64,000 nt of DNA, from positions 337,997-401,996 of the forward strand of contig CAYYDR010000001.1 of NCBI GenBank assembly GCA_964470695.1, given 5' to 3'. Shown piece by piece: positions 36,840 through 45,893 of the stretch (positions within the stretch are counted from its first letter, which is position 1; each line of letters opens with the position of its first letter). The notes under the pieces are model-generated. The model saw only the letters and a program-made list of their open reading frames with translations. It searched no databases and was not told the origin of the DNA. Source of the DNA: an uncultured Gammaproteobacteria bacterium (GTDB taxonomy: Bacteria; Patescibacteriota; Patescibacteriia; Patescibacteriales; UBA12465). The position numbers and the translations under genes were made by a program.

Positions 36840-37697
36840 ATGACTATTTTAATCTTGGGCGGCCGCGGAAATCTCGGGACGCAATTAACTAAAATATTAT
36901 CAACCGACTACGAAACCGTTTCCTGGGACAGGGAAGAGCTAGATGTTTTGGATTTTCCTTTATTAGCCGAGAAGGTTAGAGAGTTAAGGCCGGGCTTAAT
37001 AATCAATACCGTCGCCTATAATGCCGTAGACCGTTGCGAAGACAAAGCTGAATATGTTTTAGCTACGAAATTGAATAGTGATTTACCGGGCGCTTTAGCC
37101 GATCTAGCCCTAGAAATAAAGGCGGTTTTAATCCATTACTCTTCAGACTATGTTTTTAGTGGGACTGAAGATAAACAGATATTTGCAGAAAGTGATACGC
37201 CTAATCCTATTAATAAGTATGGTGAAAGCAAGTATCGCGGCGAGCAGGAAATTATTAAAAGAGAGGCGCGCGGCCTACAATATTATCTGATTAGAACTTC
37301 AAAGCTTTTTGGCCCTCTTGGCGCAAGCGCGCAGGCTAAGCCCAGTTTTTTTGACATAATGCTTAATTTAGCCCAGAATAATAAAGAATTGACCGTAGTT
37401 AATGAAGAACTCAGCTGCTTTACTTATACGGTTGATTTAGCTGAGGCTACTAAGCGTCTCTGGGAATTAGAAGTTCCTTTTGGTTTATATCATTTGGTTA
37501 ATGAGGGGCCAGTAACCTGGTACGGAGCGGTTTTAGAACTATTTCGTCTGAGCAAACTAAAAATAAATGTCCGGCCTCTGCGCAGCGAAGATTTATTAAG
37601 GGCCGCCCGGCGGCCGAAATTTTCCGCCCTCCAGAATACTAAAGTAAAAAAGTTACGGCGCTGGGAATTAGCGCTTAAAGAATATTTAAATAATTAG
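36840..37697 (+). CDS. rfbD: dTDP-4-dehydrorhamnose reductase
   Basis: ILILGGRGNLG, INTVAYNAVDRCE, YSSDYVFSG, YGESKYRGE. Confidence 0.88.
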   Translation: MTILILGGRGNLGTQLTKILSTDYETVSWDREELDVLDFPLLAEKVRELRPGLIINTVAYNAVDRCEDKAEYVLATKLNSDLPGALADLALEIKAVLIHYSSDYVFSGTEDKQIFAESDTPNPINKYGESKYRGEQEIIKREARGLQYYLIRTSKLFGPLGASAQAKPSFFDIMLNLAQNNKELTVVNEELSCFTYTVDLAEATKRLWELEVPFGLYHLVNEGPVTWYGAVLELFRLSKLKINVRPLRSEDLLRAARRPKFSALQNTKVKKLRRWELALKEYLNN

Positions 37698-37735
37698 TCG
37701 CCTATTTTTTGGGCATTATAAAACTATATAAAATT

Positions 37736-38461
37736 ATGCGAGGAATAATTCTTTCCGGCGGTTCTGGCACTCGCCTTAAGCCGCTTACTAAAATTACTAG
37801 CAAACAGCTGTTGCCGATTTATGATCGGCCCATGATTTACTACCCTTTAAATACGCTGGTTAAGGCCGGCATTAAGGAGATATTAATAATTGTGGCCCCA
37901 GAAAGAGCGGGGGACTATTTAAACTTATTAGGATCGGGTAAGGAATTCGGAGTTAAATTCACTTACGAGATTCAGGATCATCCGGAGGGGATTGCCCAGG
38001 CTTTTTTAATCGGTGAAAATTTTATTGATAAGGAAGATGTGGCTTTAATTTTAGGAGACAATATCTTTGAAGATGATTTTGTGGAGGATATTAAAAATTT
38101 TAAGAGTGGGGCCAAGGTGTTTGCTAAAAAGGTATCTGATCCGGAACGTTTCGGTGTTGTCCGCTTTGATGATAAAATGCGCGCCCAGGAAATAGTGGAG
38201 AAGCCTAAAGAACATATTAGTGATTACGCGGTGACTGGTTTATATCTTTATGACAAGCGCGTCGTGGAATGCGCTCGGAGCATGAAACCGTCCGCGCGCG
38301 GCGAATTAGAGATTACGGATGTTAATAATTGGTATTTACAGAAAGGGGAACTGGAAGTCGCTCTCGTTAATGGAGAATGGCTTGATACTGGAACCTTTGA
38401 CAGCCTTTTAAAGGCGCAGAATTTTGCTAAAGAAAAGATGGCTGGCAAGATGGCCGTTTAA
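37736..38461 (+). CDS. glucose-1-phosphate thymidylyl/nucleotidyltransferase (short form)
   Basis: MRGIILSGGSGTRLKPLT..KQLLPIYD.PMIYYPL. ATG 37736 is preferred over the TTG at 37709. Confidence 0.85.
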   Translation: MRGIILSGGSGTRLKPLTKITSKQLLPIYDRPMIYYPLNTLVKAGIKEILIIVAPERAGDYLNLLGSGKEFGVKFTYEIQDHPEGIAQAFLIGENFIDKEDVALILGDNIFEDDFVEDIKNFKSGAKVFAKKVSDPERFGVVRFDDKMRAQEIVEKPKEHISDYAVTGLYLYDKRVVECARSMKPSARGELEITDVNNWYLQKGELEVALVNGEWLDTGTFDSLLKAQNFAKEKMAGKMAV

Positions 38462-38462
38462 T

Positions 38463-39488
38463 ATGAAATTAGTCGTAGGATTTTTAACTTATCAAGAACT
38501 GAGCGCCAAGTATTTGACGGATTTTTTGCCGAGCTTAGAGGCGGCTTTAGGTTTTTTGTCTCCAGATGACTATCGGGTTCTAGTTTTTGATAATAGTCCG
38601 TCTGATGATCAATCTAATATTTCTATTTTAGAAAAATTCAATGCGGGAGAATTGATTACTAATGATAATCGTTGCGCATCAATCCCCAGAGTAATATTCC
38701 AGCATCAGACAGTTGGCCAAAATATTGGTTTTAGCCGCGCTTATAACATTTTAATTAGGTCTGCCTTATCGCTTCAGGCGGAATATTTTTTAATCATTAA
38801 TCCTGATACGTTTATTGAGCCTGGTGCCATCCAAAAATTAGTAGCTGCTTTAGATAATAACGCTTCTTTAGGTTCCGCTGCTCCAAAAATTAGACGCTGG
38901 GATTTCGTTCATAAAATTAAAACTAATTTTATTGATTCCGCCGGTTTAATTCTGAAACCGGGTTTAAAGTTTTTTGATTTGGGCCAAGGCGAAGAAGATA
39001 AGGGACAATTTGATAAAGCTTCTATCATCGGTCCCTCTGGTGCGGCCGGCTTATTCCGTCTGAGCGCTTTATCTGAAATAGGGGAGAGGGGCGACAGAGA
39101 AGCTGATTGGCAATATTTTGATGAGCACTTTTTTATGTATAAGGAGGATTGTGATCTGAATTATAGATTATTTTCCGTGGGTTATTTTAGCTGTTTAGTC
39201 CCCGAGGCTCTAGTTTTTCATGATAGGACCGCGGCTTCCTCAGGACAGTCCTTGCCTTCAATTCTGCTTGATAGGCGGAAAAAAAGCCGGCAAGTACGTA
39301 TTTGGTCCTTTGTCAATCAGCACCTTCTTTTCGTTAAACATTGGAAAAAACAGAATTTTGCCGTTCGTATGATTATTATCTATCGTATTCTGGTAATGTT
39401 TGTATTTTCGCTTATATTAGAGCAATATTTGTTGAAATCTTATTGGTCAATATCTAGGCTTTCCGGGGGGTTGACTAATATAAAATAA
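38463..39488 (+). CDS. GT2 glycosyltransferase (rhamnosyltransferase-like) with C-terminal TM segment
   Basis: VVGFLTYQE, VFDNSPSDD, GFSRAYN, IINPDT, PSGAAGLFR. ATG lies 1 nt after the upstream stop. Confidence 0.75.
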   Translation: MKLVVGFLTYQELSAKYLTDFLPSLEAALGFLSPDDYRVLVFDNSPSDDQSNISILEKFNAGELITNDNRCASIPRVIFQHQTVGQNIGFSRAYNILIRSALSLQAEYFLIINPDTFIEPGAIQKLVAALDNNASLGSAAPKIRRWDFVHKIKTNFIDSAGLILKPGLKFFDLGQGEEDKGQFDKASIIGPSGAAGLFRLSALSEIGERGDREADWQYFDEHFFMYKEDCDLNYRLFSVGYFSCLVPEALVFHDRTAASSGQSLPSILLDRRKKSRQVRIWSFVNQHLLFVKHWKKQNFAVRMIIIYRILVMFVFSLILEQYLLKSYWSISRLSGGLTNIK

Positions 39489-39539
39489 TATGATAAATTA
39501 GGTGGTAATTACTAGATTTATTGGTTTTATTTTTTTTAT

Positions 39540-40571
39540 ATGGCTAACTTACTAGAAAAAATGATTCAGGAAAAAAAGGCTGAAGAGCTGACTCGCCTAG
39601 ACGCGATTAGTATCGTTGATTCTTTATTTTCCGAACTATTAGACCGAGAAAGAGATATCTTATCTCGTCGTTTTGGTTTAAAAGGCGATAAGGGTGAGAC
39701 TCTAGAAAAAATTGGCAGTCTGCATAAATTAACCAGAGAAAGAGTGCGCCAGATTGAATCAGCCAGCATTAAAAAAATTAAAAAATTAGAGAAATTAGAG
39801 AGTTCTGTTTCTTTATTGAAAGAGGTTGTCCAGGGTTTACTTGAAGAACATGGCGGTCTTATTCGCCGTGATTATTTGCTTGATATCTTAACGGTTATCT
39901 CCTTGGAGATTAACGGCTCTGATTCCGGCGATAAAGAAGTGAATCGTCAGTCTTATCGCAACCACTTCAACTTTTTAATTTCTAAATTGATGAATGATGA
40001 TTTGGAATTAGTTGATGAATCAGAAGATTTTAACCCTTCTTTCAAGAAGAAAAATGATAATGTTGACCATTTAGCTGGCTTAGCCAAGGATTTAATGTCT
40101 AAAGTTGATGGTCTTAAGAAAACATTGACAACTGAAGAATTGTTAGATTTATTAAAGCAGTTAGACTCTTATAGCCAAAATCAAGGCAGTTTTAGCCGGG
40201 AAAATAGTGCTGATTTTACCCCTGTCTTTAAGAGCCAGATTTTTCCAGATAAGGCGGAAGTAATCAATAGCAATAAAATTCTGTACTCTTTAATGCAGGC
40301 CGTTAAGAATTTGGAGCAGAATAAGTATGGCGAATGGGGTGTTGCTCATTGGGGCGAGGTTAAGCCTAAGACCGTCAATGATAAGATTTATCTAATCCTG
40401 AAGCATGCCGGAGCTCCTTTGCATTTTACGGATATTGCCAAAAAGATTAATGAGATGAAGTTTGATAAGAAAACGGCTAACGCCGCTACCGTCCATAATG
40501 AGTTAATTCTTGATGACCGTTACGTATTGGTCAGCCGAGGTACTTATGGCCTTAAAGAGTGGTCAAAATAA
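39540..40571 (+). CDS. sigma-70 region-4-like HTH fused to a C-terminal HARE-HTH-like domain
   Basis: RERDILSRRFGL..ETLEKIG....TRERVRQIE..AIKKI (region 4). C-terminal IYLILKHAGAPLHFTDIAKKI...TVHNELILDDRYVLVSRGTYGLKEW. Confidence 0.65.
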   Translation: MANLLEKMIQEKKAEELTRLDAISIVDSLFSELLDRERDILSRRFGLKGDKGETLEKIGSLHKLTRERVRQIESASIKKIKKLEKLESSVSLLKEVVQGLLEEHGGLIRRDYLLDILTVISLEINGSDSGDKEVNRQSYRNHFNFLISKLMNDDLELVDESEDFNPSFKKKNDNVDHLAGLAKDLMSKVDGLKKTLTTEELLDLLKQLDSYSQNQGSFSRENSADFTPVFKSQIFPDKAEVINSNKILYSLMQAVKNLEQNKYGEWGVAHWGEVKPKTVNDKIYLILKHAGAPLHFTDIAKKINEMKFDKKTANAATVHNELILDDRYVLVSRGTYGLKEWSK

Positions 40572-40604
40572 AATTTAGCTAGTTATATTATCGCTTAGAT
40601 ATAT

Positions 40605-40640
40605 AAAATCCGATTAGTCAAATCGGATTTTATTTTTTTA
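40605..40640 (+). terminator. rho-independent terminator
   Basis: AAAATCCGATT-AGTCA-AATCGGATTTT then a T-run. Confidence 0.75.
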
Positions 40641-40695
40641 GTAGAGTATGGTAAAATAATTACTGTTAAGACCTTAGTAATTAGCGATTTTTTCC

Positions 40696-42162
40696 ATGGA
40701 TATTGTTGTCAATACATCCCGTATTGATCAATTCTTAAATTTACCGGCCGACCAGATGGTTTGGGTCTTTTTTATTAATTTTGGCTGGCTTATTCCGGCC
40801 TTTATTTATCTTTACGGCGCATTGCAGCTTTATCTTTTTTGGTTGAGAAATCAATGGGAAAAGAGCCATAAAAATATTTTGTTAGCTGTTGATATCCCCC
40901 GCGGCAACGAACAGTCACCTAAGGCGGTTGAGAATATTTTTACTTATTTAGCTGGGGCGCATGGTTCAATTAATTTTTTTGAAAAATGGTTTGAGGGCAA
41001 ATTCCAAAAAGCCTTTAGTTTTGAAATAGTGAGTCTGGAAGGCTATACCCAGTTTTTGATTTACACGCCCGCCGAATTTCGCAATTTAGTAGAATCAGGC
41101 GTTTATTCTCAGTATCCTGACGCCGAAATATCTGAAGTTGATGATTATACGACCGCTTTACCGCGCCATTTGCCCGATGAAGAGTATGATGTTTGGGGAT
41201 CTGAGTTTGTTCAGAAAGACTCCTGGGTTTATCCTATAAAATGCTATCAGGAATTTGAGCATACTATGGGGCCGAGCGAAACACAGTTTAAAGACCCGAT
41301 GGCAAGTTTAATGGATCTCTGTGGTTCCTTGCGGCAAGGGGAGCAGTTGTGGCTGCAGATTATAATAATTCCGACTGGTTTTGACTGGGTTAAGGATTCT
41401 AAAAAAGAAATTGATAAGATAATGGGCCGCAAAGCCAAGACTAAGCCGGGGCTAGGCATGAGAGGGGTGGAACTATTAGGAGAGGCGAGCGAAATGGTTT
41501 ACTCAATTTGGGGGGATATTGAAGCTAGTAAGAAGGAGGAGAAGGCTAGGACTATGATGGATTTGACTCCTGGCGAAAAAAGAAAGGTGGAAGGAATTCA
41601 GCTTAAAGCTGGTAAATTAGGATTTGAAGCTAAAATCAGGGTTGTTTATGTAGCCAAGAAAGATTCAATGAATAAAGCTAAAGTGGCGAATGGTGTTGTT
41701 GGCTATATGAAACAGTTTGCCTCTTTAGATCAAAATAATTTGAAACCGGATATTGACATGACTTTTACTAAAACGACCTACTTTTTTACCGAGGCGCGGC
41801 TTTTGGAAAAAAAGCGTAAAATTTATACGGCCTATATTAAACGTTCTGATAATAGAGGTCGCCGCCCAGGTTTATATAACATTGAAGAGCTAGCGACTTT
41901 ATGGCATTTCCCAATTGAAGCTAATGTTAAGGCGGCGATGATGCAAAAAGCACCCGGCCGCAAGGCTGACGCCCCCGCCTCATTGCCTATAGAGGAAAAG
42001 AAAGCTCAGCCACTGCCAGATATTTTTAAAGCGCCGGCTAAACAGCCCCCAGTGGTGAATGAATATACCAATAATTCAGTCGCTTCGGAACCGCCCAGGC
42101 CAGGCTCTGAAGATTTGTCTGTTTCCGAGCCGCTGCCACCAGATAATTTGCCGTTTATTTAA
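40696..42162 (+). CDS. hypothetical membrane protein (2 N-terminal TM helices plus a large soluble domain, Pro-rich tail)
   Basis: Intact 488-aa ORF. No catalytic motif recognised. Confidence 0.55.
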   Translation: MDIVVNTSRIDQFLNLPADQMVWVFFINFGWLIPAFIYLYGALQLYLFWLRNQWEKSHKNILLAVDIPRGNEQSPKAVENIFTYLAGAHGSINFFEKWFEGKFQKAFSFEIVSLEGYTQFLIYTPAEFRNLVESGVYSQYPDAEISEVDDYTTALPRHLPDEEYDVWGSEFVQKDSWVYPIKCYQEFEHTMGPSETQFKDPMASLMDLCGSLRQGEQLWLQIIIIPTGFDWVKDSKKEIDKIMGRKAKTKPGLGMRGVELLGEASEMVYSIWGDIEASKKEEKARTMMDLTPGEKRKVEGIQLKAGKLGFEAKIRVVYVAKKDSMNKAKVANGVVGYMKQFASLDQNNLKPDIDMTFTKTTYFFTEARLLEKKRKIYTAYIKRSDNRGRRPGLYNIEELATLWHFPIEANVKAAMMQKAPGRKADAPASLPIEEKKAQPLPDIFKAPAKQPPVVNEYTNNSVASEPPRPGSEDLSVSEPLPPDNLPFI

Positions 42163-42172
42163 ATTTAATAGA

Positions 42173-43351
42173 ATGAAAATAGGGATTGACGCCCGCTTCT
42201 ATGGCCCGATCGGTAAAGGTTTAGGGCGATATACTCAGGAAGTGGTAGATAACATAATTAAAATTAATAGCGCTAGTGGCGACGAAGCTTTTGATTATGT
42301 TATTTTTCTTGGCCCGGCTAATTTTGATGAATTTAATATTGACGAACCGCATGTTAAAAAAGTTCTAATTGATTGTCCCTGGTATGGCTGGAAAGAGCAG
42401 ATATTATTCCCTTATTATTTATGGCGGGAAAAATTAGATTTAGTTCATTTCCCGCATTTCAATGTACCGATTCTAACTCCGGCCAGATTCGTCGTTACTA
42501 TTCATGATCTAATTTTAACCCATTTCCCGACGGTCAGGGCGACGACTAAAAGTCATGTTTTATATTATTTTAAAAATTTTGCTTATCGTTTAGTAATTTT
42601 TTCCGCTCTGTGGCGCGCCCGGCAGATAATTACCGTTTCCGAATTTACTAAAACCGATATCATTAATAAGTTTAAAATTAGCCCCGATAAAATACTGGTT
42701 ACTTATGAGGGGGTGGCTAATTTAGCTAAAGGGCGCGATTCTTTATTTGTCTCAAAACTTAACAGCCAAGAAATTCTAGATCAGTATCATATTCCGCATG
42801 ATTTTTTATTGTACGTCGGCAATGCCTACCCGCATAAGAATTTAGAAGCTTTACTGAAAGTATTTAGTAAGCTGCATGCCGAAAAGCCGGAAAGACGTTT
42901 AGTTTTAGTCGGCAAGGCAGACTATTTCTATGAGCGGGTCCAGGAGGTAGCGCGCGTTTTAAATCTTTGGCAGAAAGGCAATGCTAATAGCGTGGTTATT
43001 TTTCCTGGCTATGTTCCCGACTCCCAGTTAGAAATACTTTATTCTGAAGCTAAAGTCTATGTTTTTCCGTCTTTATATGAAGGCTTTGGTTTGCCGCCCT
43101 TAGAGGCGATGGCTAATGGCTGTCCGGTTGTTAGTTCCGACCGCGCCTCTTTACCGGAGATTTTAGCAGAGGCGGCCATTTATTTTAATCCGGAAGATGA
43201 GGCGGATATGTTAGCTAAAATTCGTTTTGTTTTGGATAATAATGATAAGCGCTCTGATTTGATTAGCCGCGGTTTGGCACAGGTTAAAAAATATAATTGG
43301 TGGGAGTGCGCGAATAAGACCATGGCTGTTTATAAAAAAGCTTTATTGTAA
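42173..43351 (+). CDS. GT4 (GT-B) glycosyltransferase
   Basis: MKIGIDARF N-terminus; FPSLYEGFGLPPLEAMA.G.PV..S EX7E motif. The track start at 42059 overlaps the upstream gene. Confidence 0.85.
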   Translation: MKIGIDARFYGPIGKGLGRYTQEVVDNIIKINSASGDEAFDYVIFLGPANFDEFNIDEPHVKKVLIDCPWYGWKEQILFPYYLWREKLDLVHFPHFNVPILTPARFVVTIHDLILTHFPTVRATTKSHVLYYFKNFAYRLVIFSALWRARQIITVSEFTKTDIINKFKISPDKILVTYEGVANLAKGRDSLFVSKLNSQEILDQYHIPHDFLLYVGNAYPHKNLEALLKVFSKLHAEKPERRLVLVGKADYFYERVQEVARVLNLWQKGNANSVVIFPGYVPDSQLEILYSEAKVYVFPSLYEGFGLPPLEAMANGCPVVSSDRASLPEILAEAAIYFNPEDEADMLAKIRFVLDNNDKRSDLISRGLAQVKKYNWWECANKTMAVYKKALL

Positions 43352-43357
43352 TTTTAG

Positions 43358-45886
43358 ATGTTTAATAAAAATCTTAATAGATCTAATAGCCAGGCGCAAA
43401 GGGAAAGATTCTCTAATTTTGTTGTTGATTTGCGCCAGGCGGCCGCTAACGTTAGTTCTACTCATCCGGCTAAAATTCCGGCCACGACTAAGTTTAAATC
43501 GCGGTGGAATAATATCAGTAGCGCGGTTAAGAAAATTAGGCCTAATCTTCTTCCTAGAGAGAAAAGAAATATTTTTGCTTTTTTAAAATTTAAAAAGACT
43601 AAAGTAAGTTTTTGGGAGAAATTTAATAAATGGCAGCCCGATTTATCTTGGGCCTGGTTTAAGCCGGCCCCACGCTCTCCTTGGCAGAAATTTGTTAGAT
43701 CGCAAGAAAAAATCTTTGACTCTTGGTCACCCGCTCGTTTGAAAAAGAAAAGCGGCCGCCGGGAAATTAGAGAAGAGAGGCCGTTTATTTGGTACAAGTC
43801 GCTGTTATCTTTTATCTTTCTTTTAATAATTATTATCATTCCTTTTAAGTTGCTAGCCTATTTTCAATTATTTGACCTATCAGCTTTAGAATCCCGGATT
43901 ATTAAGCGTTCGGAGCTAGCTATTAATAACTTAATGGCCGCGGCCGACTCCGTCTCCCATCAGGATTTTAAAGGGGCTGATTCGGAATTTCAGGCGGCCG
44001 GCCTTAATTTTTTAGCCGCTCAGGAAGAGCTAGGACAGATTAATGACTCTATTTTATCCCTAGCCTCCTTATCTGATGATCCTAAAATAAAATTAGCCGC
44101 GGAGAGCAAGAAATTTTTAACCGCCGGCGCAATTGCTGCTTCTTTAGGGCGCAATTTAGTTTTAGCAACCGATAGTTTGTTTAACAGTGATAAAAGAGAT
44201 TTCTCCCAAACTCTGGATAATTTTTTGTCTCATGGTAATTTGGCTGTCAGCGACGCGCAAAGCCTGGAAAAAAAGATTAAGGCGATTGATCAGTCTAATT
44301 TGCCAGTCGCTTATAGAGCTAAATTTGAGTCTTTGAGTAAAAAGGCTAGTTTGCTGGCAGATAATTTACGTAATTTCATTTCTACTGGCGAGAAATTTAA
44401 AGAGGTTCTCGGCTTAAGCCGTGATAAAAGGTATCTTTTAATTTTTCAGAATAATTCAGAATTGCGCGGTAGCGGAGGTTTTTTAGGCAGCTATGCCATA
44501 GTTGATTTTAGGGACGGCAAGATACGTAATCTAGAAGTACCGGGAGGGGGTTCCTATGACACTGAGGGTGGCATGAGAGTTTCGGTGGCGGCACCGCCGC
44601 CGCTTTGGTTAGTTAATCCGACGTGGCATTTCTGGGACGCTAATTGGTGGCCGGATTGGCCGACTACGGCTCAGAATTTAATGTGGTTTTTAGAGAAAAG
44701 CGACGGACCGAGCGTTGACGGAGTCATTGCTGTCACCCCGACAGTCGTTGAGCGCCTTTTGGAAATTACCGGCCCGATTGATTTAAGCCTGGAATATGGC
44801 TTAGTCATTGATTCCAATAATTTCTGGGAGACAGTCCAAAAAATTACCGAGCAAAAAAACTTAAATAAAAGCAATCCGGACGCAGTTTCTCATTTACCTA
44901 ATAATTCCGTTCCGGTTAAATCAGATTTGCCGCTTAAACAAGGACTAGAGGTTAACTCAGCCAATAAGCCAAAAAAAATTATCGGTGATTTAATGGCTAA
45001 GATTTTAGAGGTTCTGCCTAAAAAGTTAAATCAAGCTAATTTAGTAAAAATAATTGCCGCCTTTGAGGAAAACATGGCAGAGAAGCAAATTCTTCTTTAT
45101 TTTACTGATCCGGCTTTACAGGCTGAAGTGGCTAGCCGTAATTGGGCGGGGGAACTCAAGGATACGGATAAAGATTATTTAATGGTTGTTAACACTAATA
45201 TTGCCGGCCAGAAGTCTGATCGTTTAATGACGGAAAAAATAGAGCAGTGGAGCGAAGTGGAGAGTGATGGGACAATTATTAATACGGTTAATATAACCCG
45301 GACACATACGGGCGTAAAAAATGAGCCGCTTACCGGGGTTCGTAATGTTGATTGGTTGCGTGTCTATGTGCCTAAAGGCAGTGAATTTTTAGGCGCTGAT
45401 GGTTTTAGGGCGCCCGATCCCGAGTACTTGCTTGATAGGCCAGAAGCTAGCGCTCAGATTTTACCGGTTCTCCAGGCGGAAATGGCCGCTCGGATTGACG
45501 AGACAACCGGCACTAAAATATATGACGAAAACAATAAGACCGTTTTCGCTAATTGGTTGATGGTTGACCCGGGAGAGAGTGCGTTTATTACTATTAGATA
45601 TCGTTTACCTTTTAATTTCTTAGCTTACCCAGCTAGCAATAACTGGTTGGAACGCCTTAACTCTTGGCTTAACCCGGAGGCTGAAAAGTTACGACCTTAC
45701 TCTCTCTTAGTGCAAAAACAGCCGGGAGCTAAGCCGAGTTCCTTTAGCAGCCATTTGATTATGCCTAAGGAATTTAAAATTTTTTGGCGTTATCCTGAAA
45801 ATTTGGCTGGCGATCAGGGCTGGGAAATAAATTCCGCTTTAAATAGTGATAAATATTGGTCAGTTTTGCTTGAAAAAAATAAATAA
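43358..45886 (+). CDS. DUF4012-like large membrane-anchored protein
   Basis: One TM helix. FQNNSELRGSGGFLGSYAIVDFRDGKI matches my memory of the DUF4012 signature. Confidence 0.65.
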   Translation: MFNKNLNRSNSQAQRERFSNFVVDLRQAAANVSSTHPAKIPATTKFKSRWNNISSAVKKIRPNLLPREKRNIFAFLKFKKTKVSFWEKFNKWQPDLSWAWFKPAPRSPWQKFVRSQEKIFDSWSPARLKKKSGRREIREERPFIWYKSLLSFIFLLIIIIIPFKLLAYFQLFDLSALESRIIKRSELAINNLMAAADSVSHQDFKGADSEFQAAGLNFLAAQEELGQINDSILSLASLSDDPKIKLAAESKKFLTAGAIAASLGRNLVLATDSLFNSDKRDFSQTLDNFLSHGNLAVSDAQSLEKKIKAIDQSNLPVAYRAKFESLSKKASLLADNLRNFISTGEKFKEVLGLSRDKRYLLIFQNNSELRGSGGFLGSYAIVDFRDGKIRNLEVPGGGSYDTEGGMRVSVAAPPPLWLVNPTWHFWDANWWPDWPTTAQNLMWFLEKSDGPSVDGVIAVTPTVVERLLEITGPIDLSLEYGLVIDSNNFWETVQKITEQKNLNKSNPDAVSHLPNNSVPVKSDLPLKQGLEVNSANKPKKIIGDLMAKILEVLPKKLNQANLVKIIAAFEENMAEKQILLYFTDPALQAEVASRNWAGELKDTDKDYLMVVNTNIAGQKSDRLMTEKIEQWSEVESDGTIINTVNITRTHTGVKNEPLTGVRNVDWLRVYVPKGSEFLGADGFRAPDPEYLLDRPEASAQILPVLQAEMAARIDETTGTKIYDENNKTVFANWLMVDPGESAFITIRYRLPFNFLAYPASNNWLERLNSWLNPEAEKLRPYSLLVQKQPGAKPSSFSSHLIMPKEFKIFWRYPENLAGDQGWEINSALNSDKYWSVLLEKNK

Positions 45887-45893
45887 TAAAAAT

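Noticed and set aside
42059-42172. Long upstream start extensions in the track: 42059, 45846, 38424, 37709, 30195, 25807, 17604, 14638, 47954.
   Set aside because: They overlap the preceding gene, use TTG, or add non-homologous residues before the conserved family N-terminus. The downstream ATG adjacent to the upstream stop was preferred. These starts remain uncertain.
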